Part shown: in pieces, positions 19,559 to 30,473 of the stretch
How the letters are laid out: every line of letters starts with the position of its first letter
How positions within the stretch are numbered: the stretch's first letter is position 1
Source of the DNA: an uncultured delta proteobacterium
GTDB taxonomy: Bacteria; Myxococcota; Myxococcia; Myxococcales; Anaeromyxobacteraceae
Direction of reading: 5' to 3'
Length of the DNA stretch: 64,000 nucleotides
Assembly (NCBI GenBank): GCA_963814585.1
Contig: CAWFDF010000004.1
Coordinates: forward strand, 32,001-96,000
The notes under the pieces: model-generated
Databases searched by the model: none
What the model was told of the DNA's origin: nothing
What the model saw: the letters and a program-made list of their open reading frames with translations, nothing else
Program-made: the position numbers and the translations under genes

Positions 19559-20041
19559 GTGAGCCACCCGTCCCTCGGCCTTCCGCCGCGCAGCCTCCAG
19601 GCAGGGTTCCCGGACGCCGCCCAGCGCCTGCGCACGCAGCGCGCCGCGCTCGCGATCCGGGCGCTCGAGGTCGCGGTTGACGCGGACCCCACCATGCGCA
19701 CCCGGTACGACGACACGGGGCTGCGGAACCTCCTGCTTGACACCGAGGTCCACGTGGACCGGCTCGCGCTCTGCGTGGCCGGCAACGACCCGCACTGGTT
19801 GAAGGAGTTCGCCGACCAGGCGGCACCCGTGTTCCGGCGCCGCGACGTGGCCATGGACGACGTGGTCGGGCTGCTCGACGGGATCCGGGCTGCGGCCCGC
19901 GGTGTCCTCTCGGAGGACGAGCGGGAGCCGGCCGAAGCAGCACTCGACGCCGCCAGGAAGGTGTACCTCTGGTACCGGCGCCTGTCCGGCGACGCCCGAA
20001 AGCGCAACCGGATCGTCGACGCGATCTACAAGGGCATCTAG
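19559..20041 (+). CDS. All-helical hypothetical protein, possibly globin-like (phycobiliprotein/RsbRD-N-like) fold
   Basis: RYDDTGLRNLLLDTEVHVDRLALCVAGNDP pattern; TATCCT -10 lies 7 nt before the GTG. Confidence 0.6.
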   Translation: MSHPSLGLPPRSLQAGFPDAAQRLRTQRAALAIRALEVAVDADPTMRTRYDDTGLRNLLLDTEVHVDRLALCVAGNDPHWLKEFADQAAPVFRRRDVAMDDVVGLLDGIRAAARGVLSEDEREPAEAALDAARKVYLWYRRLSGDARKRNRIVDAIYKGI

Positions 20042-20049
20042 GAGATCGG

Positions 20050-20397
20050 ATGACGATCAAGTGGGTCAAGGTGGACCCGCTAGTGATGAACGGCGAGCCC
20101 TTCTGCTACGGCTCCCGCCTCACGGTCCGCCAGGTGCTGGAGCTGCGCAGCAACGGCTACACCGTCGTCGACCTGCTCAAGGATCACCCCGAGCTCCGGC
20201 TCGTCGGCATCGCCAGCGCGTATGCCTACGCGGCCGCGAACAGGGACCGGTACGCCGACTTCTTCGCGGAGGACGGATCCCTCGTCGGCCCAGGGTGCAC
20301 GGATTCCGAGGCTGCCGCCCTGCCCGAGAGCCTGCGGATCCCCGGCGTCGTGATCATGGGCGCCGCGGCATCCGCGGGCCCGGCCACCGCAGGCTGA
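20050..20397 (+). CDS. DUF433 domain protein
   Basis: DPLVMNGEP..GSRLTVRQVL...LLKDHPEL; AGGAG RBS. Confidence 0.85.
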   Translation: MTIKWVKVDPLVMNGEPFCYGSRLTVRQVLELRSNGYTVVDLLKDHPELRLVGIASAYAYAAANRDRYADFFAEDGSLVGPGCTDSEAAALPESLRIPGVVIMGAAASAGPATAG

Positions 20398-20402
20398 GCA
20401 AC

Positions 20403-21899
20403 GTGGCCGGCGGCGCCCGGCTGGAGCGTCGCCCGAGGCGCCTCGCGATCCTCACATCGCCGGCCGTGTTCCTGGTCGCCATTGCCGCGATCTTCGTGTT
20501 GCGGGCACAGGACGACCCCGACTACTGGTGGCACCTCCGGGTGGGCGAGTGGATCGTGGACAACGCCGCGGTTCCCCGCACCGAGCTGCTGTCGTGGCTG
20601 TCTGGGGGAGGCCCCTGGACAGCGCCGAGCTGGGGAAGCGAGGTCGTTCTGTACCTCCTCCACGGTGCGACCGGGACCGCGGGCTCCGTGGTCCTGTTCT
20701 TCCTGGTGTCGCTCGGCATCCTCGCTGCGGTTGCCGCGCTTGCGCATCACGTCCGCCCCTCGCTGGGTCCCGGGTGGGTCGCCGGCCTGGTGCTTGCGAC
20801 CGCCGTCGTGGCGATGCCCGTCTGGGGTGCGCGCTCGCAGCTCTGGGATGTCCTGTTCGCGCTCGTCGCCCTCCTCGGGATGCTGCGCTATCTCGATCAC
20901 GGCCGCGTGCGCGGGCTGATCTTCATGCCGCTGCTCATGGTCGCTTGGGCGAACCTGCACGGCGCCGGCACCCTCGTCTACCTGCTGGTCGCGGCCGGCG
21001 TCATCGCCGGCGAGGTGTGGAACCGCAGGGCGTGGCGGCACGACGGTCCGTCCTGGCGCCCGCTGCTGCTCTCGGTCGCCGTGACGACGCTGGCGATCAG
21101 CCTCAACCCGTACGGCCCCGGGCTGTATGTGTACGGGTTCACAACGACCGCATCCGGCCCGACGGCGGACTACGTCCTCGAGTGGCTCAGCCCCAACTTC
21201 CACACGCTTGGCCTGCGTCCGGCGCAGCTCCTGGTGGCGTTCGGCCTCGTTGGGGTCATGGCCTTCGTCCGCGTGCGTGACGCCCGCACCGTGGCCCTGG
21301 TCTCGGGGTTCACCTTCATGTTCCTGCAGTCCGGACGCTATCTCGAGTTCCTCGCTCCCGTCGCATTCGGGCTCATGGGCCCGGCGATGCTGATCGGGAT
21401 GGCGCGGATCCTGCAGCCCATCGTCCCGTTGCACCTGCACTTCCACGACGGCCACCGCCGCTTCGCTGCCGTCGTGGGCGGCGTGCTCGGCGTGATCCTG
21501 CTCGTGGGTCGGTTCGCGATGGTGCCGACGCTCGAGGCTGAGGCGCTCGCCCGGTCAGAGCCCGTTGCCGCGGCGGCCTGGCTCGAGGCACATCCCCGGG
21601 CCGGCAGGCTGCTCAGCGAGTACGGGTGGGGTGGGTACCTGTCGCACGAGCTCCGCGTGCCCGTCGGGCCGTACGGGGCGTCAGACGCCTTCGGCGACGC
21701 GGTCGTCGCTGAGATCGATGGGCTGTTCGGCGGCACGGTCGACCCCGGGGAGTATCTCGACCGGAATGCCGTCGACACGGTCCTCGTGCCGGCCGCGTCG
21801 GTGCTCGGCAACTACCTGGAGGCGTCGCCCGCCTGGGAGCACCTCTATGGGGACGACCGCGACGCCGTGTTCGGCCGGGTCGCGCCTGTCACCCCGTGA
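20403..21899 (+). CDS. Multi-TM GT-C-type glycosyltransferase-like membrane protein
   Basis: DPDYWWHLRVG, WANLHG, LNPYG, EWLSPNF, YGWGGYL; many TM helices. Confidence 0.7.
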   Translation: MAGGARLERRPRRLAILTSPAVFLVAIAAIFVLRAQDDPDYWWHLRVGEWIVDNAAVPRTELLSWLSGGGPWTAPSWGSEVVLYLLHGATGTAGSVVLFFLVSLGILAAVAALAHHVRPSLGPGWVAGLVLATAVVAMPVWGARSQLWDVLFALVALLGMLRYLDHGRVRGLIFMPLLMVAWANLHGAGTLVYLLVAAGVIAGEVWNRRAWRHDGPSWRPLLLSVAVTTLAISLNPYGPGLYVYGFTTTASGPTADYVLEWLSPNFHTLGLRPAQLLVAFGLVGVMAFVRVRDARTVALVSGFTFMFLQSGRYLEFLAPVAFGLMGPAMLIGMARILQPIVPLHLHFHDGHRRFAAVVGGVLGVILLVGRFAMVPTLEAEALARSEPVAAAAWLEAHPRAGRLLSEYGWGGYLSHELRVPVGPYGASDAFGDAVVAEIDGLFGGTVDPGEYLDRNAVDTVLVPAASVLGNYLEASPAWEHLYGDDRDAVFGRVAPVTP

Positions 21900-21923
21900 G
21901 GCGGCCGGTCGCCCCCTGATCCC

Positions 21924-22415
21924 TCAGACGCTTGCCGCGAGCACCTCGGGTGAGGCGTGGGGGCCGGTGACCAGGACTTCCGCGGCCTGGTCGGCGTTGC
22001 CGGGGGTCCGGATCAGGTAGCTGTTGTGGATCTCCAGCCCGCCCGACGAGAGCGTGGAGCCCACCGCGCAGTACTTCGTGGCCGACAGCTCGATCGCACG
22101 GCGGACGGCCTCGGGGTCGATCCCCTCGCCGTCGATCACGTGCTGGACGTCAAAGCGCGTGAAGTTGTGCGGGTGGCCGTCGACCTGGACGCCGCCGACG
22201 CGAACCTCGTAGCCCGTCACCGCCTGGCGCTTCTTGCGCAGGATGGAGATGACGTCCATCGCGGTGCAGCCGGCCAGCGCGACGCCGAGCAATTCCGACG
22301 GCCGTGCGCCAGTGTTGCCGACACCGTTGTCCATGACGACCGTGTGGCCGCTGCCGACGACGGCCTCGAAGCGCATGTCGCCGGCGAGGGTGACCGTTGC
22401 GGTCTGGGTGCTCAT
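21924..22415 (-). CDS. OsmC family protein
   Basis: RPSELL..LAGCTAMD, LSATKYCAV. Confidence 0.9.
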   Translation of the reverse strand: MSTQTATVTLAGDMRFEAVVGSGHTVVMDNGVGNTGARPSELLGVALAGCTAMDVISILRKKRQAVTGYEVRVGGVQVDGHPHNFTRFDVQHVIDGEGIDPEAVRRAIELSATKYCAVGSTLSSGGLEIHNSYLIRTPGNADQAAEVLVTGPHASPEVLAASV

Positions 22416-22601
22416 TGAGGGTGACTCCGTGAGGGTGGCGTTGTGTCTCGGAAGGCCCCCATCATCGGGCGTGATTGCGTGTTTGCGCAAATAGGCGAAC
22501 GGCCCGGTCTGGCGGTGCCGCTCGGCTCACGCGGCCGGGCTCTGCCGCCTCCTTGAGCTCCAACGGGCCATTCCAGAGTCAAGTGGTAGGATTTCCCGGC
22601 C

Positions 22602-22949
22602 ATGACAGAATCGCAGCCGTCCGCCGCCTCCTCGCCCGAGACCACCGTGGCCGATCCCGCCTTCGAGGCGCAGCGTCGGGCGCTGGAACTGGCGATCCTG
22701 GACTCGCTCCGGGCGGTGGTGGACCCGGAGATCGGGATGAACGTGGTGGAGCTCGCGCTGATCCGGCAGATCGTGCTGGGCCCGGACTCCACCGAGGTCA
22801 AGATGATCCTCACGACCCCGTTCTGCCCCTATGCCGGCGCGATGATCCAGCAGGTCAAGGAGCAGGCCGAGACCGTCGTCGACCATCCGGTGAAGGTCAC
22901 CTTGCTCGCCGAGCGCTGGGACCCGCGCGACGCGGGCCTGATGTGGTGA
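22602..22949 (+). CDS. Fe-S cluster assembly factor (SufT/DUF59)
   Basis: VVDPEIGMNVVELAL, LTTPFCP. Confidence 0.9.
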   Translation: MTESQPSAASSPETTVADPAFEAQRRALELAILDSLRAVVDPEIGMNVVELALIRQIVLGPDSTEVKMILTTPFCPYAGAMIQQVKEQAETVVDHPVKVTLLAERWDPRDAGLMW

Positions 22950-22977
22950 TCGCACCAGCGCCCTGCCGACCCACCCG

Positions 22978-23649
22978 ATGACCGACAACCGCCTCCAGTA
23001 CGACAGCGCCGTCGCGACGGGTCGCGGTGACGACGGCACGACCGCCCTGCTCTACGGCGGCGAGCGCGTGTCGAAGGACGACCTCGCGACCGAGGCCTAC
23101 GGCGCCGTCGACGAGGCTGTCGCCGCACTCGGCCTCGCCCGCGCAGAGCTCTCCGCGATGGCGCAGGACGGCTCACTGAACCCGATGCTCGCGACGATCG
23201 CGGACATCGTGCTGCGGATCCAGCGAGAACTGTTCGTCGTGGGCGCGGAGCTCGCGACCAACCCCGGGGCGCGCGACCGCGGCCGCGACGGCACGACGCG
23301 CGTGTCGGCCGCGATGGTCGAGGAAATGGACGCCACGCTGCGCGAGATCGAGGCCGGGATCGTGCTGCCACAGGAGTTCGTGATCCCCGGGGAGACGCGC
23401 CTGTCGGCCGCCCTCGAGGTCGGCCGGACGGTGCTGCGGCGTGCAGAACGCCGGGCCGTTACCCTTGCGCACCACGACCCAGGACTGGCGGACAGCCGGC
23501 TCCTGCCGTACCTCAACAGACTTGCCGACCTGCTCTGGATCCTCGCACGGGCCGCGGAGCGGGCCGAGGCCAGGGAAGCGACAACGGCCAGGCCGGTGGC
23601 CACGCAGGACCGGCAATCCCGAGCGACCCCAATCGAAGGGAGCGAATGA
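22978..23649 (+). CDS. PduO-type cob(I)alamin adenosyltransferase
   Basis: TGRGDDGTT, EAYGAVDE, RRAERR, YLNRLAD. Confidence 0.9.
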   Translation: MTDNRLQYDSAVATGRGDDGTTALLYGGERVSKDDLATEAYGAVDEAVAALGLARAELSAMAQDGSLNPMLATIADIVLRIQRELFVVGAELATNPGARDRGRDGTTRVSAAMVEEMDATLREIEAGIVLPQEFVIPGETRLSAALEVGRTVLRRAERRAVTLAHHDPGLADSRLLPYLNRLADLLWILARAAERAEAREATTARPVATQDRQSRATPIEGSE

Positions 23650-24362
23650 TGAGCGGCACCCCGTACACCCCGACGCAGCTTGGCGTCCGCCCGGCACCCG
23701 CCCTGGTCCAGCAGCTCCTGGTCGGTGCGTTCGGCTGGATGTTCGCCGGCCTGCTGCTCTCGGCCGGCGTCACCTACCTGGTGGCCACAAGCCCGCAGAT
23801 GCTCTCAACGGTCACGGATTGGTGGCTTGGCATCGTGCTGCTGCAGCTGGCCCTGGGCATCGGCATCCAGGTGGCGATCAACAAGGTGTCGGCCACCGTC
23901 TCGCTGCTGCTGTTCTTCGTCTACGCAGCCACCATGGGCCTGACGATCGGCGTGATCGTGTGGTCCGTGCTGCAGACGCCGGGCGGCGTGACCGCCGTGT
24001 CCTCGGCCTTCTTCTCTGCGGCCGCAATGTTCGGGGCGGCCGCGGTCTACGGCGCGGTCACCAAGCGCAATCTCGCGAGCATGGGCGGGATCCTGTTCAT
24101 GGGCCTGATCGGGATCATGGTCGCCATGGTCATCAACATCTTCCTGGCATCCGAGGCTGTCAGCTGGGTGATCTCGATCCTCGGCGTGGTGCTGTTCACG
24201 GCCCTGACTGCGTACGACGTGCAGCGCATCACACGCGGCGACTACGCCGCGATGACAGGGTCACCCGAGCGCGCCTCGATCCTGGCGGCGCTCCACCTGT
24301 ACCTGAACTTCATCAACATGTTCCTGTTCCTGCTGCGCATCTTCGGCGGCAACCGGGGCTAG
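23646..24362 (+). CDS. Bax inhibitor-1/YccA family membrane protein
   Basis: 7 TM helices, TAYDVQRI, ALHLYLNFINMFLFLL. Confidence 0.92.
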   Translation: MMSGTPYTPTQLGVRPAPALVQQLLVGAFGWMFAGLLLSAGVTYLVATSPQMLSTVTDWWLGIVLLQLALGIGIQVAINKVSATVSLLLFFVYAATMGLTIGVIVWSVLQTPGGVTAVSSAFFSAAAMFGAAAVYGAVTKRNLASMGGILFMGLIGIMVAMVINIFLASEAVSWVISILGVVLFTALTAYDVQRITRGDYAAMTGSPERASILAALHLYLNFINMFLFLLRIFGGNRG

Positions 24363-24404
24363 CGCCTCCCGGGGGCAGAGCGCGACCCGAGGCCGAGGAG
24401 CAGC

Positions 24405-27400
24405 CTAGCGAGCCCCGAGGACGACCCGAGTGCCGGTCGTCGAGGCGAGGAGCGCCTCCATCGCGTGGGTCGCCAGCGGGCGGGCAAACCAGTAGCCCTG
24501 GCCCCGGTCGCAGTCGAGCTCTCGGAGTGATGCGAGCTGCGCGGCGGTCTCGATGCCCTCGGCGACGACGTCGATGCCGAGCCCGTGGGCGAGCGAGATG
24601 ACCGCCTGCACGATCGGGAGGTCGGCGGGTCCGAGCCGAGCCCGGACACGAACGAGCGGTCAACCTTGATCGTGTCCAGCGGCAGCCGGCGCAGATAGGA
24701 GAGCGATGAGTAGCCGGTCCCGAAGTCGTCGAGGACGAGCCTGACGCCCAGAGCGCGGAGCCCGCGAAGCCGCTCCACCGAAGCCTCGGACTGGTCCATC
24801 ACGACGCTCTCGGTGATCTCGAGCTCCAGGGCGCCCGGGGCCACGCCCGAGTGGTCCAGGATCGCGGCCACGTTGCTGATGAGGTCCGCCTGGGCGAACT
24901 GGCGGGCCGACAGGTTCACGCTCACCTGGAGGTTCGCCGCCACCGGGAACCGGCGCTGCCAGTCGCGCAGCTGGTGGCACGCCGTCTCCAGCACCCATCG
25001 CCCGATGGGAAGGATGAGGCCCGTCTCCTCGGCAAGGGGGATGAAGGCGAGTGGCGGCACAATGCCACGCAGGGGGTGGTCCCAGCGGAGCAGGGCCTCC
25101 ATGCCCACCACGGCGCCGGTCGCGAGGTCCACCAGCGGCTGGTAGTGCAACAGCAGCTCGGACCGCTCGAGTGCCCGGTGCAGGTCGTTCTCCATTGTGG
25201 CCCGGTCCAGGGTCTGGGCCCGCATCTCCGGGTCGAACACGATGACCTTGCCGATGGGATCGGACTTCGCGCGGTGGAGCGCGATCTCCGCCTCGCGGAG
25301 CAGGTCCCCCGGACGCGTCGCGGCCACGTTGCTCACGGCGATCCCGAGGCTGGCGCCGATGGACAGCTCGTGTCCGTCGAGATCGAACGGCGTGGCCAGC
25401 ATCGCCTCGACGCGACCGGCAACGCGCTCCGCCTCACGCGTGCTGCGCACCGTTCCGAGCAGGATGCCGAACTCGTCCGACCCGAGCCGGGCCACGGTGT
25501 CCGTGGTGCGAGCGGCAGCGAGGAGGCGTTGCGCGACCTGGGTGAGGAGCAGGTCGCCCGCGGCGTGGCCAAGGCTCTCGTTCACGACCTTGAACCGGTC
25601 CAGGTCCAGGATGATCAGTGCCACCCGCCTGGCGGTCGCGCGTCGGTGGCCCTGCTCGCGGCCGGCCGTGTCGAGCTGCTCGGCCAGGCGGTTCATGAGC
25701 AGGGTGCGGTTCGGCAGTGCGGTCAGCTGGTCATGCAGCGCGGCATGCGCCCGGCTGCGCACCTCGGTCTGTGCCCGCTCGAACAGCCGCGCGTTGTCCA
25801 GGGCGATCGATGCGAGCTGCCCGAACCGTGCCAGTGCTTCCACCTCGCGCTCCGAGAACGGGCGCGACGTATCGCCGAGGCCAGGCCGATGAGGCCGAGC
25901 ACCTCGTCCCCCGACGTCAGCGGCACCGCACAGATCGCGCCGAACTGGCTGGCAGGAAGATCGGGCGCGCGACCTGGGTACTCGGCGTAGTCGTCCACGA
26001 CGACGGGCAGGCCCGTCGACACGACCGCCCACCCGACGCCGGTGCCCGCTGGCAGTCGGTAGCCGTCCATGTGCGCGAACACGCCGGTGCCGACCCGCGC
26101 CACCAGGGCCAGCTCGCCATCGATGCCCGGTTCGGGGCTCTCGAGCAGGTACAGGAAGCCGTGCTTCACGCCGACGAGGCTGGCGGCCCGCTCCACGATC
26201 TCCGTCAGCAGCTCTCGCGGCTCAAGGCGCTCGAGCAGCTTGAGGGTCGTCTGGTCGACGGCCGCGAGGTAGAGGTCGCGGGTGGGGTCGTTCGCCGGCA
26301 GGCGCGTGCGATCGGGCGGCTTTGCAAGGTACAAGGCGCGGTCAGCGGTCGCGACGAGCCCGTCCTTGTCCTGTGCGTCCTGGGGGAAGTGCGCGATGCC
26401 CACGCTCACCGTGACCGGCGGGCCGAACGCGGCCGTCACGCGGACCACGCCTTCGCGAATGCGCTCAGTGACCTCGCGCGCCCCGTGCTCGTCGACACCC
26501 GGGACCAGGATCGCGAACTCGTCGCCTCCGTACCGGTACACGCGATCCGCGTCACGAACGGTGTCGGTCATGACGGCTGCGATCCGACTGAGCAGGGCAT
26601 CACCTGCCGGGTGGCCGTTGGTGTCGTTGTAGGCCTTGAACGCGTCGAGATCGAGCATCAGCAGGGCGAACGGGTCGCCGTGCGCAATGCGCTCGCCCAG
26701 CTCGCGCTGGAAGGCGCCGTGGTTGCGCACGCCGGTCAGCGCGTCGTGTTCGGCGCGGGTCATCACCTCGCCGTGCGTCTCGGCGTTGCGCAGCGCGATG
26801 GACGCCTGGGCGGCGAACAGCTGGACGAGCTCGAACTCGTCACGCGAGAAGTGCGCCTCATCGCCGCCCATCCGAGCGAGGTTGAGCGTGCCGACGACCT
26901 CGCCCGCCACCAGGAGCGGGCATACGATCATCGACTCCGGCTCCTCGGGCGTGCCCGGGATCTGCATCGACCGGGGATCGAGGTGCGCGTCGTTGGCGAG
27001 GACGGCCTCGCCGATCCGGATGGCCCAGCCCGTGATCCCGCCGTCGAGCGGTGCCTCGTGCGACATGATCAGCTCGGCGAACCGGTCGCGCGCCACCACG
27101 GCCCGCCGCACCCAGGCGACACGGTCCACCCGGTAGATCGTGAGCGAGTCGTACGAGACGACGGCCTTGAGCGTGTCCGCGATCATCTCGAGGATGCCAC
27201 TCGGGTCGAGCGTCCCGAGCAGGCGCTCGTTGACCTCAAGGAGCCGCCGCTGGCTGTCGAGACGATGGTGGAGCTGCTGCTGCTGACTGCGGACCTGGTC
27301 GAACGCCTCGGCGTTCACCAGGGCCTGCGCGGCGTACCCGGCGAAGATCTCCAGCGTCCGCTGGTCGTCCTCGGAGTACTGCTCGTACCCGGCCTTCGAC

Positions 27401-28380
27401 AGCACGATGATGCCCATCACCCGCGACTCGTATGACATCGGGACGAGCAGCATCGATTTGGCGCCGCGGCTGGCACCCAGCTGCAGGCCACGCGGGTCGG
27501 CTTCTGCGTCACCCAGGCGGATCGCGCGGTTGTGGAGCGCGACCCACCCTGTCAGGCCCTCGCCGACCCGCAGCCGGAGGTCGTCCCTCGTGGGTGTGCC
27601 GATCCCCATGAACTCGCCCTGCACCGCGACGGGCTCGCACATCTGGGTGACGTGGTCCACGCGGTACACCCGGATCGTGTCGTGCCCGATCAGCTTGTCC
27701 GCCTCGGCAACGATCGCCTCTCCGATCCCGGCCACGTCCTGGATCCTGTTCAGCCGCGAGGACAGCTCCTGGATCGCCCGCAGCCGGGCCGCGCCGTCCC
27801 GCACCGTGTTGAACAGGCGGGCGTTCGCGACGGCGTTCGCCATCTGGCCGGCGAACGTGGCGCACAGCTCGAGCTCGTCCGGCGGCCAGTCGTAGGCGGA
27901 CTCGTGGAACAGCACCAGGAGCCCGAGCGACTCGTCCCGGAGCACGAGGGGGACATAGTTGGCCGTGCGGAAGCCACTGCGGGCGTGGATTGCACCGAAC
28001 GCCGGCGAGTCCTGGGTCGAACCTGCACCAGCGGCCGCCGCTCGGCGATCGCCCGCAGGCCCATGACATCCATGTCTCCCGTGATCGCCGCAGCGGCCTC
28101 GATCAGCTCGTGCGACAGGTTGCGCTGCGCCGCGAGCCGAAGCGGGTGGGGACCGGGGACCACGAGCCACAGGCCGGCCGCATCCGATCCGAACAGCGCC
28201 TGCGAGGAGTCCAGGATGTCGCGGAAGACATCCTCGAAGCTCGAGGTTCCCTGAGACCTCGGCCACGACGCGCCGAAGCGCGATGACACGCGCGTCATCA
28301 GGTCGCGGCGGCGCAAGGGGGCGCTTCGCGGGCGGCGTCCGAAGGCGTCGGACCGGACTGCTCTCATGTGCGAGGGCCAT
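24405..28380 (-). CDS. GAFx3-GGDEF-GAF-GGDEF-EAL cyclic-di-GMP enzyme with about 4 indels (near 28240, 28025, 25880, 24630)
   Basis: Stitched from several frames: GAF motifs, YRYGGDEF, ARLGSDEF, EALLRW, ELEITES, DDFGTGYSSLSYL, VVAEGIET, GQGY. Confidence 0.85.
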
Positions 28381-28629
28381 GACGGCGGGGGTTCCCGATT
28401 TACTCCGCTCAGATGGGGACGGCCCCGACGGCCGAGGTGTCAAGTCGCACCGTATCCGAACGGGTGGTGGTCCCTCTCTAGGACGGTCGTACCCCCTGAG
28501 GGCCGGACTGGAGCCCGCTCGTGGTCTGGGCCGGGCGGCGTGGCGGCTGTTTCGGCCCACCGGCAGTCACATCGGCCCCTGCCGGTGCCCGGGCGTCTCC
28601 GGTGCGACCCGTGGGCGATACTGTCCCGC

Positions 28630-29748
28630 GTGCCCGCCGCCGACCCGCTCGTCACGGCCTTCTCGTTCCGCCGATCGCTCCTGGACGGATCGGGCGAGGG
28701 CGCCCTCGAGGTGCTCGAGTCCACGGTCGGCGTATACGCCGCGAACCCGAGCGGGCCGCTCTCGATCCGGGTGCGTGCTCCCGCGGTCACGCCCGCGGAG
28801 GTGCTGGCGCTGGAACCAGCCGCGGCGGAGCGCACTCGGGCGATGCGGACCTCTGCGTTCCTCGTGCCGCGCCGGACGGCTCCCCTCATCCGCGCCGCCA
28901 CGGCGCAGCCCCTCGACCGGTTCGCCTGGATGCTCCGCGCAGCGGGCGTGACGCAAGCGCAGCTCCCGGATGTGCGAGCCCGCGTCCGGGCCGCCGCCAA
29001 CGTGCCCGTCACGGCCCGCGATCTTCGCGTCCTGGCCGGCCTCGGTGACGTCGCGATCAGCCCACTGCTGTCCTACCTCTCGATGGCGGGTGACCTCCGG
29101 GTGCTCGGTCCCGGCTCGGTGACGTCCAACGCGTCCCGGTACGTCGCCGCAGATCTGGGTGCGGAGCAGGACGCGGCGCCCGCGGGGGAGTCGGCCCGCG
29201 CCTGGCTGGCCGGCGCCTACCTGCGTGGGTTCGGCCCCGTGCGCGTGGACGACCTGGCGTGGTGGGCGGGCTGGAGCAGGTCGCATGCCGTGGCCGCGCT
29301 CGCCGCGCATGACACCGTGGACGTGGGCGGCGGCCTGCTCCTGGCGGCCGAGGATGTCGCCGCGTTCGGGCGCTTGGCGCCACCCGCCGACCGGGTCACG
29401 CTGCTGCCGAAGTGGGACCCGTGGACCATGGGCTATCCCCAGGACGGTCGGGAGCGGTTCGTCGACCGCGACGTGCACGACCGGCTGTTCGACGGGGATG
29501 GGAACGGCCTCGGCGCCATCCTCGTGAACGGCAGAGCCGTGGGCGCGTGGGGACATCGAGGCGTCGGCCGCCGGATGGAGGCCCGCGTGGACCTGTTCGA
29601 CGGCCGGGTTGCGGGCGCGAGCCTGCGTTCAACGGTCGAGGCAGAACTTGCGTCCATCGCCGCGTTCCTCGGGTATCGCGACCTTCGCGTGGTGGACGCT
29701 GCGACGGTGGTGCCGGATCGGCCACGCGTCCGGAAGCCGCTCGCGTAG
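28630..29748 (+). CDS. AlkZ/YcaQ-like (HTH_42) DNA glycosylase-family protein
   Basis: RAMRTSAFLV, YLRGFGP..DLAWWAG, LLPKWDP..MGY, ILVNGRAVGAW. Confidence 0.75.
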   Translation: MPAADPLVTAFSFRRSLLDGSGEGALEVLESTVGVYAANPSGPLSIRVRAPAVTPAEVLALEPAAAERTRAMRTSAFLVPRRTAPLIRAATAQPLDRFAWMLRAAGVTQAQLPDVRARVRAAANVPVTARDLRVLAGLGDVAISPLLSYLSMAGDLRVLGPGSVTSNASRYVAADLGAEQDAAPAGESARAWLAGAYLRGFGPVRVDDLAWWAGWSRSHAVAALAAHDTVDVGGGLLLAAEDVAAFGRLAPPADRVTLLPKWDPWTMGYPQDGRERFVDRDVHDRLFDGDGNGLGAILVNGRAVGAWGHRGVGRRMEARVDLFDGRVAGASLRSTVEAELASIAAFLGYRDLRVVDAATVVPDRPRVRKPLA

Positions 29749-29951
29749 CCGGCGGCGCGCCGGACCCACCAGGAGCAGCGCTGCCTTGCCGCCACCCCGG
29801 TCCCGCCACAGGCCTCCATCCGGCCCGGGCCAGTTCCGCCGCCTCGCCCGGGTTCCACGCCATTGGGCCCTCCCGGGCGTCATCGGTGCCGCAGACGATT
29901 GGGCTGCAGGTCGTATCGCGCGCTGGACGGCGCGCCAGGGAGGGACGAACG

Positions 29952-30473
29952 GTGAAGGTCCTCGTCAGCGCGGCGACGCGCCACGGGTCGACGGTGGAGA
30001 TCGCCGCGTCCATTGGGGCGGCGCTGCAGGCCGCCGGCCTCGAGACCTACATCCTCGCCCCGTCCGAGGTGGACGGGTTCGCCGGATATGACGCCGCCGT
30101 CATCGGTAGCGGGGTCTACGTCGGGAAGTGGCTGGAGCCCGCCCGGGATCTCGTCGAGCATCACAAGTCGGAGTTGCTCGCGATCCCGGTGTGGCTGTTC
30201 TCGAGCGGTCCTGTCGGGGAGCCGCCCAAACCGGCGGAGGATCCCGCCGACGCGCTCGCGCTCGTCGATCTTGTCCATGCCCGTGGCCACCGGACGATCC
30301 CCGGTGCCGTCGACAAGAAGAAGCTGGGCTTCGGCGAGCGTGCCGTCATGGCGGCCGTCCGGGCGCCAGAGGGCGACTTCAGGCCGTGGGACGAGATCTC
30401 CGCGTGGGCACAGGAGATTGCAGCCTCGCTGGGGGTGGCCTCGCATCCGACTGGGAGCAGTCAGGGGGCGTAG
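29952..30473 (+). CDS. Flavodoxin-domain protein (HemG-like)
   Basis: ATRHGSTVEIA, YDAAVIGSGVY.GKW, WLFSSGP, GDFRPW. Confidence 0.88.
   Translation: MKVLVSAATRHGSTVEIAASIGAALQAAGLETYILAPSEVDGFAGYDAAVIGSGVYVGKWLEPARDLVEHHKSELLAIPVWLFSSGPVGEPPKPAEDPADALALVDLVHARGHRTIPGAVDKKKLGFGERAVMAAVRAPEGDFRPWDEISAWAQEIAASLGVASHPTGSSQGA

Noticed and set aside
28381..28620. c-di-GMP riboswitch upstream of the GGDEF/EAL gene
   Set aside because: I could not find the conserved class I (GEMM) or class II motifs; an Infernal/Rfam scan would be decisive
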